Shown: piece by piece, positions 1 through 12,372 of the stretch | Layout of the letters: the number at the start of each line of letters is the position of its first letter | Position numbering within the stretch: the stretch's first letter is position 1 | DNA from: Squalus acanthias | Lineage: Eukaryota | Direction of reading: 5' to 3' | Length of the DNA: 64,000 nt | NCBI GenBank assembly: GCA_030390025.1 | Contig: CM059432.1 | Coordinates: 147,810,001 to 147,874,000 of the forward strand | Notes under the pieces: model-generated | The model's input: the letters and a program-made list of their open reading frames with translations, nothing else | The model's database searches: none | What the model was told of the DNA's origin: nothing | Program-made: the position numbers and the translations under genes

Positions 1-1541
1 AGACTGATGGGGCGGTAATTGGCCGGATTGGATTTGTCCTGCTTTTTGTGGACAGGACATACCTGGGCAATTTTCCACATTGTCAGATAGATGCCAGTGT
101 GTTGTAGCTTTACTGGAACAGCTTGGCTGGAGGCGCGACTAGTTCTGGAGCACAGGTCTTCAGCACAACAGCCGGGATGTTGTCAGGGCCCATAGCCTTT
201 GCTGTATCCAGTGCGCTCAGCCGTTTCTTGATAACACATGGAGTGAATCAAATTGGCTGAAGACTGGCTTCTGTGGTGGTGGGGACCTCAGGAGGAGGCT
301 GATATGGATCATCCACCCAGCACTTCTGGCTGAAGATGGTTGCAAACGCTTCAGCCTTGTCTTTTGCACTCACGTGCTTGGCACCACCATCATTGAGGAT
401 GGGAATATTCATGGAGCTTCCTCCTCCTGTTAGTTGTTTAATTGTCCACCACCATTCATGACTGGATGTGGCAGGACTGCAGAGCTTTGATCTGATCCAT
501 TGATTGTGAGATCACTTAGCCCTGTCTATAGCATGCTGCTTCCGCTTTTTAGCATGCATATAGTCCTGTGTTGCAGCTTCCCCAGGTTGGGACCTCATTT
601 TTAGGTACGCCTGGTGCTGTTCCTGGCATGCTCTTCTACACTCCTTATGGAACCAGGGTTGGTCCCCTGGCTTGATGGTAATGGTAGAGTGAGGGATATG
701 CCAGGCCATGGATACAGATTGTGGTGGAATACAATGCTGCTGCCCCACAGTTGCCTAGTTTTGAGCTGCTAGATCTGTTCTGAATCTATCACATTTAGCA
801 CGGTGATAGTGCCACACAACACGATGGAGGGTGTCCTCAGTGTGAAGACAATGACTGCGCATTGGTGACTGCTACCAATACTGTCAAGTAGGTTTTTCCC
901 CTCGTGTTGGTTCTCTCACCACCTGTCACAGGCCCAGGCTGGCAGCTATGCCCTTCAGGACTCGGACAGTAGTGGTGCTACATTGAAGTCCCCCACCCAG
1001 AGTACATTCTGTGCCCTTGCTACTCTCAGTGCTTCTTCCAAGTGGTGTTCAACATGGAGGAGTACTGATTCATCAGCTGAGGGAGGGCAATAATCAGCAG
1101 GAGGTTTCTTGCCCATAAGCCTTCATGGGGTCCGAAGTCAATGTTGAGCTGTCTGTAGGACAGCTCTCCCAATTTTTGGCACAAGTCCTCAGATGTTGGT
1201 GAGGAGGACTATTGCAGGGTCAACAGGGCTGGGTGTGCCATTGCCATGTCTGTAGCCAGTTTGTTACAACTGAGTGGTTTGCTAGGCCATTTCAGAGGGC
1301 AGTTAAGAGTCAACCACATTGCTGGGGTCTAGGAGTCACACACAGCAGATTTCCTTCCATGATGGCTTTTTACGACAATCCGATAGTTTCATGGTTATCA
1401 TTACTGATACTAGATTTATTTAATTAACTGAATTAATTAAATTCCCCAGCTGCCGTGGTGGAATTTGAACTCACGTCTCTGGATCATTAGTCCAGGCCTC
1501 TGGATTACTAGCCCTGTGACATTAGCACTATGCTACCGGCC
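1..1541 (-). mobile_element. Non-LTR retrotransposon (APE-RT LINE, clade undetermined, CR1/Jockey-group-like), 5' part with internal deletions and a tRNA-derived head; continues past the window edge
   Basis: Minus-strand decayed APE and linker coding (PGDQPWFHKECRRACQEQHQAYLKMR; LWVGDFNV remnant near 980-1000) homologous to 3383-4096. Head has a Pol III A box (TAGCATAGTGC, 1525-1535) and B box (GAGTTCAAATTCC, 1460-1472). Confidence 0.85.
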
Positions 1542-1544
1542 CCG

Positions 1545-3375
1545 ACTGGGTGGAGAGCTGCAAACGTTTCAATGATCTCATGAGATCAGGAAAGGTGAGT
1601 ACAAAGCCACACTCAGCTTCATCCTTCTGTGCCTCTCATCACATCCCCATCACTCTGCCTTCCCAACCCTACTCCTGCACATCCTTACACCAACTTACCT
1701 TGCACGTCCACCCATCCCTCTCTCTCTATCTACATACTCACATCCCCAACTGAAAAACCACCCCTCACACTCACCCTCATCCTAATGCAATCATACCAAC
1801 TAACAACACGCAAGGAGGCCACTTGGCATTTCCACCCCAATCCATTATAATCTCCCTCTAAAGATCTAACCCATCCATTCCTTACACTCATTCCATCACT
1901 CTCACTCAACCTCCTCTTCTTTCCCTCCTTGCAAGGAGAAGAGAGCCCACAATAAGAGAGGGAGAAAACTGGTGGTGGAACGCCATCACTGGCAACCCTG
2001 ACAACAGCAGAGGAGTCTGCGTTGGAAGTATCTGGCGTGGCCGAGCAGCTAGAGGTGGGAGATGGATAGAGGGGGATATCTCAGCAACCTGGTGGCAGAA
2101 TTACATCTCATACAGCTACATGGCATACAGCAGTCACTCATATGGGGACTGACGTCAGCAGCCAGTGAATGGTCACCATGTGCATAATGGTATCTGTACT
2201 CATTCTTCATATGACATATCTAACTCATCTCTTTACTCTCCCGCAGGTCCATCAAGAGTCCCCCCTCACCCCCTACCACTGCCCAGGAGGAAGAGGAAGA
2301 CAACTCCTCAGAGGAGCCTTCAGCCTCTGAGGGCGCACCGTCACCAGACATTAGCGCTCCCAGCACCAGCGCAGATACGCACACCTCAGTGGGTGCCACG
2401 CGAGATAGAGTAATGTTGTCACCTGGTATCTCACAAGTCACAAGTGAGCAAGAGCAGATGGTGGAGACAGGGACAGCAGTGGAGACTCCTCGCCGGAGGG
2501 CGCAGGATGCTCCCAGCTCTGCTCAGCTGCATGCAGACGCTGAGCCTCGGGGGCCATCCAGAAAGAGGGCGATCCTGGAGGTGCAGCAAGAAATGCAGGA
2601 GGCTCTGACAGGTTTTGCGACCGCGATGTCTGCAAATGTGCAGAGAATGGAAGAATCCATCTCCAACATGAGCACCTCCGTGTCGCAGGCTATGGCGACT
2701 GTAGGCTCTTCCATGGAAAGGGTGGCCACCTGCATGGAGCAGCTAATGCACCACTCACAGGAGCACATGGTTGGCAGAGGCTCATAGACCTCCTCTCTAG
2801 GAGGGATGTCAATGTAGACGTGGGTCCTCATGGCCCCACTGCTGTGCAGCAAGGTGCTCTCCAGCCCATGAGCGGGATGACGGTGAGAGGGGAGAGGGAA
2901 GTGGGGGCTGTTCTCCAAGTGCTCACACTTCTTTCCCGTTGCCACCCCCTCAGTCAGAGCCGCAGATGGCTCCTCGGATCGCGATGGCAAGTCTGCCCCT
3001 GCACAGTGCAGGAGGAGCAGACTTTGGCGGGGCCATCACAGGCTCCAAAACCCAGAGAACGTTCGCCAAGACTGTCTAAGCAGTCGCAGCAGGGAAGTGA
3101 GCAGGCTGCCTCTACCTCTGCTGAAGCCACAGGGGTAGCACCTCGTAGAAGCACGCGCAAAAGAAAGATGAAACACAAGTAGATTCACAAAGGTAGCCAC
3201 TTGGGTGTTTTAGTCAATGTTAATGGCAAGTTTCCGTTAATGTATTGCCAACCACTAAAATCTTTATTTTCACCACTTTCCCATATTGGACACATTTGTG
3301 TGCACCTTTGGAAGTGGCTTAGTTGGTTGCAGTGAATGGTGAGACATAACGGTACCTCCAGCAATGGTGGTCAGT
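1545..3375 (+). mobile_element. PIF/Harbinger transposon fragment: decayed spliced Myb/SANT-like gene, termini lost to flanking LINE insertions
   Basis: CKRFNDLMRSGK followed by GTGAGT donor (~1593). Exon 2 EKRAHN.. ~1936-2090. Exon 3 from ~2248 (GPSR..) ends in a basic NLS-like PRRSTRKRKMKHK* at 3182. Collinear with the 20188-22817 element. Confidence 0.85.
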
Positions 3376-3382
3376 GTGAAAG

Positions 3383-4330
3383 GAATGGTAGATTCGTGAG
3401 GACAAAGTCAGGTAGGTTTTTCCCTCGTGTTGGTTCTCTCACCACCTGTCGCAGGCCCAGACTGGCAGCTATGTCCTTCGGGACTCGGCCAGCTCGGTCA
3501 GTATTGGTGCTACCGAGCCACTCTTGGTGATGGACATTGAAGTCCCCCACCCAGAGTACATTCTGTGCCCTTGCTACTCTCAGTGCTTCTTCCAAGTGGT
3601 GTTCAACATAAAGGAATACTGATTCACCAGCTGAAAGAGGGGGGTAGGTGGTAATCAGCAGGAGGTTTCTTTGCCCATGTTTGACCTGATGCCATGAGAC
3701 TTCATGGGGTCCGGAGTCAATGTCGAGGACTCCCGGGGCCACTCCTTCCCGACTGTATACCACTGTGCCGCCACCTCTGGTGGGTCTGTCCTGCCGGTGG
3801 AACAGGACATACCCAGGGATGGTGATGGAGGAGTCTGGGACATTGGCTGAAAGGTATGATTCTGTAAGAATGACTACATCAGGCTGTTGCTTGCCTAGTC
3901 TGTGGGACAGCTCTCCCAATTTTGGCACAAGTCCCCAGATGTTGGTGAGGAGGACTTTGCAGTGTTGACTGGACTGGGTGTGCCGTTGTCGTGTCCGAAT
4001 CCAGTGCCTAGGTTGATGCCGGGTCGGCCGTCTGGTTTTATTCTTATTATTGTTTCTCGTAGCAGTTTTAATCAACTGAGTGGCTTGCTGGGCCATTTCA
4101 GAGGGCATTTAAGAGTCAAGCACATTGCTGTGGGTCTGGAGTCACATTTAGGCCAGACCGGGTAAGGACGGCAGATTTCCTTCCCTAAAGGACATTCGTG
4201 AACCAAATGGGTTTTTACAACAATCCAGTAGTTTCATGGCCACTATTACATTGCTGCTTTTTATTGCAGGTTTATTTAATTAATCAACTGAATTTAAATT
4301 CCCCAGCTGCCGTGGTGGGATTTAAACTCT
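3383..4330 (-). mobile_element. 5' portion of tRNA-headed LINE (second copy): 5' UTR plus open APE endonuclease domain, 3'-truncated
   Basis: ORF from ATG 4096: MAQQATQL..LLTNIWGL..ILTESYL..RQDRPTRGGG..WVGDFNVHHQEWLGS..PTRGKNLPDFVLTN (EEP/APE motifs). Upstream 4097-4330 matches the SINE-like head at 1260-1475 (B-box remnant ~4316-4329). Confidence 0.88.
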
Positions 4331-4399
4331 CTATTCACTGAAGCACACTTCACTCCATCTGCTTCTGTGCCATAAACATTCAGGTTTGCGCCCCTTGGA

Positions 4400-5330
4400 T
4401 TTAAGGGAGTGAAGTTGGGGCAGTACCAGGAAGAATGACCAGGGTGCACGCATTTTTTGGCAGGGAGGACCATGACAGTACAACAATAAATGAGGGAGGA
4501 ATAGCATCGCTAGGGAGGTGAAGGGCATCAACAGCATGAGGAACTCTCAAATGTACCAATGCTTTGGTGGATGCCCTTCCAACAGAAATAAAGCCAAGGC
4601 AGGGGGAGTAATTTATGTGGGCCCATTCGTGCTGTGCCAGCAACGTGCGCCTAATCATGTGGGTGGAACTAGGATGAAACATTGGTCAGGTGCCCTCATT
4701 ATCATGATATAGGTGGGATGCCAGCGCTAGTCCTGCTGTTGATTGGCAACTCTCCTAATCGGGGGCTTGAATATCTGGTGTTCCTGATGATATTCAAAGA
4801 CAGGCAAGGTGTAGTTAGCCTGCAAGCAACAGGACGGTAACTCAGGAGATGGGAGGACAAGCAGATGCTTCAAGGGCCATGCACTTTTTGGATACTGCAC
4901 TGGAGCTCCTGGTGGAGGAGGTTGGAGGGAGGGACATCCTCAGCAAGTTGCTCGGCAGCAGTGGCCACAGGTGGCAGAGGGTGTTGTCACCAGGAGCATC
5001 ATCTCATGGACCTGGCTCCAATGTAAGAAGACGTTTAATGACCTGGCCAGGGTTCCTAAGGTAAGACTCTTAAATCCGATCTCGCATTACTCTCTGCATA
5101 ACCCTACGATACCTAAAGTCCAACACTCACCACCTGTCCTCCCCCGAGTACCAGCACTACTCTCTATTCAGGAGAGCACACTTCACTCCATCTCCTTCTG
5201 CTTTTCATGCCACAGTCTGCACCTCCTATTCGCCTCGCTCGTACTGCCTTCATATTCTCACACCTCTGCCATCCTTCACACACTAGCACCATTATTCAAC
5301 TTTGACATGCACATCCTCAAAGCATCTCGC
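4400..5330 (+). mobile_element. Highly decayed Harbinger remnants (Myb/SANT exon 1, possible nuclease fragment)
   Basis: HFLDTALELLVEEV..WTWLQCKKTFNDLARVPK followed by GTAAGA (~4850-5060), then a C/A-rich intron like the other Myb copies. Confidence 0.6.
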
Positions 5331-5349
5331 TGGGCTAAAGAAAGGAAGA

Positions 5350-5445
5350 AAGACTTGCATTTATCTATTGCTTTTCACAACCTCAGGATGTCCCAAAGTA
5401 CTTTACAACCAATGAAATAATTTTTGAAGTGCAGTTACTGTTGCT
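5350..5445 (-). mobile_element. DeuSINE/SacSINE1-like (L2-type) 3' tail fragment
   Basis: ACTTGCATTTATCTATTGCTTTTCACAACCTCAGGATGTCCCAAAGTACTTTACAACCAATGAA resembles this SINE tail (from memory); homologous to 41600-41720 in the opposite orientation. Confidence 0.6.
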
Positions 5446-5458
5446 CCTTAAAAGTTAT

Positions 5459-6022
5459 GGGCTAGAAATTTGTTATAGCCAAGGAATGGGCGGTGTCAGT
5501 AGAAAAGTTGGAGAATTAGTGGCAGGTGCAAATGCTTTAGACTGCACGCAAAATTCGTGCTCACTGCTCAATAAAATGATTAGAGCCCTAAATCAAGTCT
5601 TAAAACCCAAGCTCATTGGTGTTACACTTAAAGGGTGGACCAATATCAGGTGCAGTCTAATCGCAGCTCATCATTGCCGCAGGCTTTTTTCACTACTTAA
5701 AGGGGAGGTTCATTGATGCTGCAGCACCTCATTCTCAGCATTGCTGGTTGTGCACAAGCACCAGGTGTGCTCATGGCAGGTCCATGCCCCAGGGAGAGAG
5801 CCCGCAGATTATCCGATGAAGCATTGGAGGTATTGGTTTTCGTTGTGGCGAGATGGAGGGCGGTGCTCTACCCAGCAAGTGGCAGGAGGCTTCCACACCA
5901 TGTGGAGGGAGGTAGTGCAGCACTGTGGTCCGCAGGACCCCCACACAGTGCAAGAAGAAATTTAATGAGCTCACTCGGGTGGTCAGGGTGAGTGAATGCT
6001 TCAACAAATGCTACATCCCACC
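5459..6022 (+). mobile_element. Harbinger left end with Myb/SANT exon 1, truncated by a CR1
   Basis: TIR GGGCTAGAAATT at 5459. MAGPCPRERARRLSDEALEVLV..QCKKKFNELTRVVR followed by GTGAGT. Homologous to 38991-39750. Confidence 0.85.
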
Positions 6023-6024
6023 AC

Positions 6025-6730
6025 CTGTTGGTATTCAGAGGGACCTGGGTGTCCTGTACATGAATCATTGAAGTTAACATGCAGGTACAGCAAGCAATTA
6101 GAAAAGCAAATGGTATGTTAGCCTTTATTACAAAAGGATTGGAGTATAAGAGTAAAGAAGTCTTACTGCTATTATATAGGGCCTTGGTGAGACCACACCT
6201 GGAGTATTGTGTACAGTTTTGGTCTCCTTACCTAACTTGCCTTAGAGGGAAGGTTCACCAGACTGATTCCTGGGATGGGGGGATTGTCCTAAGAGGAGAG
6301 ATTGAGGAGACTAGGCCTATATTCCCTAGAGTTTAGAAGAATGAGGGGTGATCTCATTGAAATATATAAAATTCTTACAGGGCTTGACAGGGTAGATGCA
6401 GGGAGGATGTTTCCCCTGGCTGGGGAGTCTAGAACCAGGGGTCACAGCCTCAGAATAAGGGGTTGGCCATTTAGGACTGAGATGAGGAGAAATTTCTTCA
6501 CTCAGAGGGTGGTGACTCTTTGGAATTCTCTACCCCAGAGGGCTGTGGAGGCTCAGTCATTGGGTATATTCAAGACAGAGATCGATAGATTTTTGGATAT
6601 CAAGGGATATGGGGACAGTGTGGGAAGGTGGAGATGAGGTAGAAGATCAGCCAATTTCTTATTAAATGGCGGAGCAGGCTCGAACAGCTGAATGACCTAC
6701 TCCTGCTCCTATTTCTTATGTTCTTATGGA
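6025..6730 (+). mobile_element. CR1 LINE 3' fragment
   Basis: MQVQQAIRKANGML..LVRPHLEYCVQFWSP..RRMRGDLIE..RNFFTQRVV; 3' UTR hairpin and TTCTTATG tail. Confidence 0.95.
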
Positions 6731-6734
6731 TGTA

Positions 6735-7347
6735 CTGCTTTACGAGAATCAGATCACTCAGTGGATGTGTCTGTCACTAAAATCCAATCATGAAATGGCG
6801 CTCCTTCACTAGAATCTGATCACAGTGGATGTGCTCTGTCACTAGAATCTGATCACTCAGTCTTTGTGCTCTGTCACTAGTATTCGATCATGGTGTATGT
6901 AATCTGTCATAGAATCTAATCATGGTGGACATGCTCTCTCCCTAGTATCCGATCACAGTGGATGTGCTCTGTCACTAGAATCAGCTCACAGTGGATGTGC
7001 TCTGTCATGAGAACCCGATCACAGTGGATGTGCTCTGTCACTGGAATCTGATCACAGTGGATGTGCTCTGTCACTAGAATCTGATCACAGTCGATGTGCT
7101 CTGTCACTGGAATCTGATCACAGTCGATGTGCTCTGTCACTAGAATCTGATCACAGTCGATGTGCTCTGTCACTGGAATCTGATCACAGTCGATGTGCTC
7201 TGTCACTGGAATCTGATCACAGTGGATGTGCTCTGTCACTGGAATCTGATCACAGTCGATGTGCTCTGTCACTAGAATCCGATCACAGTCGATGTGCTCT
7301 GTCACTAGACCTGATCACAGTCGATCTGCTCTGTCACTGGAATCTGA
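6735..7347. repeat. 33-bp minisatellite, roughly 17-18 units, unit ATGTGCTCTGTCACTGGAATCTGATCACAGTCG
   Basis: Direct tandem repeats without unique spacers. Units are near-identical at 7020-7345 and increasingly degenerate leftward. Confidence 0.95.
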
Positions 7348-7500
7348 GCTCTCCCAGAGTTTAGCCCTTACCCACATGATTAATAGAAGGGCCATTTTCC
7401 TTTCTGCAGCAAGTTGTTAGTATTTCTTCTCATTGAAAACCTCAACCCTTCCTATTTCTAGCTGCCCCGTTTATCGGTGGCCATTGCCATTTGCGACATT

Positions 7501-8205
7501 GAGATTAATTTTAACCCCCAAAAATGGGTCGGTTTGATATGATCCCAACCTGCCTCAAACCGCCCACTTCCGGTTTTACCTGAGGCAGGATGGCGGGCGG
7601 GGGGGGGGGGCAACCAACACTCTTCCAGGCGGCGGGTTGGTCATTTAAATATTATAATAAGTCTGCGTGCACCACATTTTATCTCTTCCAGATTTAACCC
7701 TGACAGCCCGGGCTTCCCAGGCCTTAGGAAACCCGCAGCTAAAGGGAGGCGAGGACTGCTACATGGAAAAGGTAAATGTCTTTCCAGCACTGCTTGTGTG
7801 CCAGGAGGAGCAGGAGTGCTGCCCCACCCCCCCCGGTCCCCCAAGCTGACCTGCTTCCCTCCATCAGGATCGCCGTAGTACCCCCCCCCACCACCCCCCC
7901 CCGCCCACCCTCCGCAGGATCGGACACTCCCCACAGGATTGGAAACCCCACTCAAGATTCGGATCCCCTGCCCCCACGCTATCACTACCACACCAGCAGG
8001 CTTCCTACCTGCTCCTGGGCTGCGGCCCCCTTCGGAGTGTTCCCCGCCCGACAGGGAGCCAAGCCTGCCAATCAGGCTGGTTTCCGGGCAGGGAACCTGC
8101 TCGATTTATAAAAAAAGAGGCACACTGTAGAGTTAAAACCCGGACTTCAAGGTTTCCCAATCACAACTCCTCCCCCCCGCCCCTCCCGCTCGTAAAACCG
8201 GCCCC
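7501..8205. mobile_element. Non-autonomous Harbinger-like MITE (family shared with 42894-43956)
   Basis: Left end AATTTTAACCCCCAAAAATGGG matches the reverse complement of the 43956 end. Internal segments (TTTCCAGCACTGCTTGT, GGCCTTAGGAAACCC) match 43620-43720 in reverse. Confidence 0.75.
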
Positions 8206-9139
8206 AGTCAAGATTGGGGTCATTGTTCCAAGGAGAGAAAGTTGCTTTGTGCAGCCCCTCCTTTTCCTTTGTCTTCACTGGGACAATATTAACCCAGGGA
8301 TTTCAACACTCACTGGAGTTAGGTTACAGGCTTTGGTGAATCTACTTTTATTCTTGCACAAATATTTAAAGCTCCTTTTACCCGAAACACAATTTTTGAG
8401 TTGAGAATGTTGCCATTGTAGGACATGTGGTTATTTCTGGACCAGATGCTATTTGTATTGTAGGTTAAATTACATTAGGTGATTGCACTTATCATGTAAA
8501 CTACCAAATGAAAAAGCACAAAATATTATTTTAACGGTTATTCGGTAACTAAAAGTAATAACCATACAGTTAACACCAAAATAGCTTCAATGCCTGTGGG
8601 CAAATGAAATGTGAGCTAATGTATTGGGACAATAAATATACTGAAGATTAGGTGTAAAGTTTGGAATGGTACAAAGGTGTCATATTTGTGAACTGTTAAA
8701 CACTTCACATATGCAGAATGCAGATTTAACTGAGAGGCAGCCAAGTAATATGAAGGACTGCACCATGCTTCTGTTACTCAAGCAGATTATAGGTGCAAAG
8801 TCACATTGTACAGCAGAGGGCACTCTCGTCTTCTCAATGGAGCTTTGATGAGCAGTCATAGGGCTAAAAATTCATTTGCCCCCGAAAATGGCCGTGGGGA
8901 TCGCGCTGCGCGATCAACCCAGGCCCGATCAAAGTAATGCGGATAGCACGCTAACGTCGTGCTGCCTGCTGATTAACATGATTGTAGCGTTCAGTCCAGC
9001 ACTGAATGAGCTACTGAGTGGCTGAACGCTCAGCAGGGGGCCCAAGTTCATGCAAGGCTAGCACGAATTAAAGCTGGCCTGCACTTCTTGAAGGCAGTCT
9101 GCACCTCTTAAAGGGGGGCTGCATTCAGCCTGCAGCAGC

Positions 9140-11048
9140 TCATTCAACTGGCTGGGGAAGAGAGTCAGAGCAGCAGGGGAGAGAGCGTGCTCCAAGGTTC
9201 TCTGATGCAGCACTAGAGGCCTTGGTGCAGGAGGTGAACATGAGGAGAGAGGGGGGCCAGGAGGCCCTCCAGGCAAATATGTAAAATGCAATGGGAGCAG
9301 ATAGACGTCGTGGTGAATGCCAGCAGTATAACCCCTTGGGCATGGACGCAGTGCAGGAAGAAGTTTAATGATCTCATACGAGTGGTCAAGGTCAGTGAAT
9401 TCATCTTCAAATGCCATTTCCCACCACCTGCCCCGTTAGCCTCACACACTGCTCAATGCACCACACTCCCATCACTCACCTACCAACAATCTCTACCAAA
9501 CACGACTCGTACCTCACAATCATACCTTCACCTCACCCTCACACACTTACCACTGCTGCAAGACTCTCACCCACATCTCACAGCGTGCACATACTGTCAG
9601 CTATTCAACCATGACACATTGCACCACACTCACTGACAAGCTTCCCTTTGTCTTGCAGGAAAAGGTGGCTCACAACCGGCACCAGCAGAACCTAACTGGT
9701 GGGGGACAGGTGTGGCTGTATAACCTGACCCTGATGGAGGAGACGGAGCTGGCCATTATTGGGAGGGCCATTGCTGAGCCCGTGGCCAAGGGGCTGAAAG
9801 AATACAAGATGCCAGTATCCTTATACTTAATCCTCCTTCTCACATCCCATTTTCCCCTCATTCCACAATCTCTTCTGATTCACAAGCTGCAGGTGCTGTA
9901 AGCATGCACCTCTTGCTTTCACCCCGTCCCCTCACCAAAACCCTACCCTTGTGCCTTTCTCCTTTCAGATAGACAAGAACTGACAAGGCACTGGTGAAGG
10001 AGCAGGAAATAGAAGACCACCTAGGTACTGATGATGAAGGCACAGCACCATCACTTAATTTCACACTCGTAGCCACCAGCTCAGATCCTGGCACTCTGCG
10101 TAGTTTAGAGAATAGGTTAGACATAGGATCTGCATGTGGTGAGACACTGGGCACGAGTGGCTTGCAGGCAGGGAAAGGGTAGCGCAGGAGCCAGATCCCC
10201 GGAGGGCGAGGTCGCAAACTAGTTCTGCTGCACAGGACTCAGATGAGGACTTCGATGGGGCGGCCTACAGAAGAACGCTGATGGGTTTGCAAAATGAAAT
10301 GCTTGGTGCATTGGCAGGCCTGCTGGAAAGCCTGACTGCAGTGTCAAGGAGAATGGAGAAGTCCAGCTCCAGCCTTGCACAGGGCTTTGCGCAGAGCTTG
10401 GAGCCCATGATTTCCAGCATGGAAGTGATGCGCAACTCCATTAGCACATTTCTGGACCAAACCATGCTGCAGTGTCTGATGGCCGATGTCTCAGCTTCCA
10501 TTGTAGCACAAGCAGAAGCCACCCAAACGTCTGAGTGCGGCAGTGGAAGCTCAGACTGCTCTCATGCAGGCTCAGCTTGCTGCCACACAAGCTCAGTGTC
10601 CTGCCATCATGGCTGCATTTACCAGTGTGGAAAGGGGCTTGCAGGGTGTCACAGCAATCCCACAATCTGTCCTCCAACAGATTACTAGGATTGCTGAAGC
10701 GCCGCCCCGGGGGAGTGGCAGTGGCTCCATGGAGCACGAACCTGCTGTTCTCTCTCAGGATGACAGCATTCGTCCGCCCACCACTTCCACTCCGCCAGTG
10801 CCCTTGCCTCTCAGCCAGTCAGCCCAGACTGCTGCCGCCCGTGCCGAGGTGGTGCAGGTGCAGCCGGGCCTTCTAGGCCCAGAGTTGTTCGAGGTCGTCC
10901 TGCGAGGTCATCTGCAGCATCCCCGACGGAAAGTCAGCAGCCTTCTACCAGCCATGCTGCAGCCACTGGGGTAGCATTTCATAGGAGCACGAGGACAGAC
11001 AAAGGTACACGTAAGATAGGCACTAAGGGAATGCACAAGTGTGATTAG
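9140..11048 (+). pseudogene. Harbinger Myb/SANT-like DNA-binding gene, 3 exons (~9140-9390, 9659-~9815, 9969-~11048), frameshifted
   Basis: RERAPRFSDAALEALVQEV..WTQCRKKFNDLIRVVK then GTCAGT; acceptor TCTTGCAG then EKVAHNR..; acceptor CCTTTCAG; multiple frameshifts and stops in exon 3. Confidence 0.85.
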
Positions 11049-11221
11049 TTGACTTTGTTATGTAATATTGGATGGATTGATGTGTAAAGTTGGATTGAAA
11101 TGTTTCTTTTGTGGTGGCTCTTATTTCAGCATTGTGGCCAAGACGACGCAGTGATGGTCAGTAACAGAGGGAAGGGAAGGTGTGGGACTAATGTTGAATT
11201 GGGGTTGCGTTCACTGGTACC

Positions 11222-12372
11222 GGAATTAGATGAGTAGATCATGGACAGCCCAGGTTGGGTTGCCTCCTCCCTTCCGCTTGACTCCTCTTTCGCTACTTCC
11301 TCTTATGCTTCCTCCTCTGCCTCCTCCTCCTCCTCCTCCTCAGCTGGTTGCCATATCCCTGGTGGCAAGGGCTGTGCACTCCTGGTGGCGTGGTTGTGGA
11401 GCATGCAGCAGACCACGACGAACCTTGAGACGAGCTCTGGTGAGTACTGCAGGGCTCCTCCAGAGTGGTCCAGACAGTGGAAGCATTGTTTAAGGATGCC
11501 AATGGCGTGCTCTACCAGATTCCATGTGGAAGCATGGCTTCTGTTATATGCATGCTGTCCACCTGTGCTTGGGTTGCGGCATGGAGTGATGAGTCAGGTG
11601 GTCAGTGGAAAGGACTTGTCACCCAGTAACCACCCTCTGCCTTGTTGTGGTGGCTCAAAGACTGAGAACAATGGACTGGCACAGAATAAATGTATTACGA
11701 GTGCTGCCAGGATACCGGGCATTCACCGTCATGATGTGTTGAGCATGGCCGCACACGAACTACACATTCAGCGAGTGGTAACCTTTGCGGTTGTGGTACA
11801 TCTCCGCATTTAGATGTGGCGGCTGCAAAGCCGCGTTCGTGCAGTGGATGGCGCCTTGTACCATGGGGAAGCACATGTGCACGCTCCGCCTGCTTCTCAT
11901 TGGTCAGAGAGAAGACAATGAAGTCCCCTCTCCTGGCATAAAGAGCGTCTGTCACCTCTCTTATGCAGCAGTGGACGGCGAACTGGGAGATGTTACAGAT
12001 GTTGTCTGCTCCAGCCTGGAAGGATCCCGACTAGAGGAAATTCAGGGCCATGGTCACCTTCACAGCCACTGGCAGCGCTCTCTTTGTCCTGGAGTGAGGC
12101 TGCAGGTCTGGTTGCAAGAGGTGGCAGAGTTCTATGAGCATCTCCTTCGTAAAGTGCAGACGCCTCACACACTGCTCCTGGCTCAGGGTGAGGTAAGAGA
12201 ATTGTGCTCGGAAGACCCGAGGTGGGTAAGGTCTCCTGCTGAGAGCCCTTCTCCCCCTCCTTCTCCTCCCTCTGTGAAAAGCTTGTCCTCTTCTTCGCTG
12301 CCTCTGCTCCATCTCTGTCATGCTGCAGGCCAAGGGGTGATGACAACTAGAGCCCCCAAGGACTGGGAGCAA
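11222..12372 (-). pseudogene. Harbinger (HARBI1-like) DDE transposase, disrupted
   Basis: RRPYPPRVFR..QCVRRLHFTKE..ALPVAVKVTMALNF; GFPMVQGAIHCT (usual GAIDCT Asp replaced by His); LLGDK; VERAIGILKQCFHCLD..CCMLHN; frameshifts. Confidence 0.9.

Noticed and set aside
1460..1541. Functional tRNA gene (also at 46151-46225)
   Set aside because: A and B boxes are present but no clean cloverleaf was found, and the sequence continues into SINE/LINE body.
6735..7347. CRISPR-like array (33-bp period)
   Set aside because: Pure tandem repeat with no unique spacers, no cas genes, and a eukaryotic context.
11222..12372. Domesticated host HARBI1 gene
   Set aside because: Lies inside TIRs next to a Myb gene, is frameshifted, and has lost a catalytic Asp.
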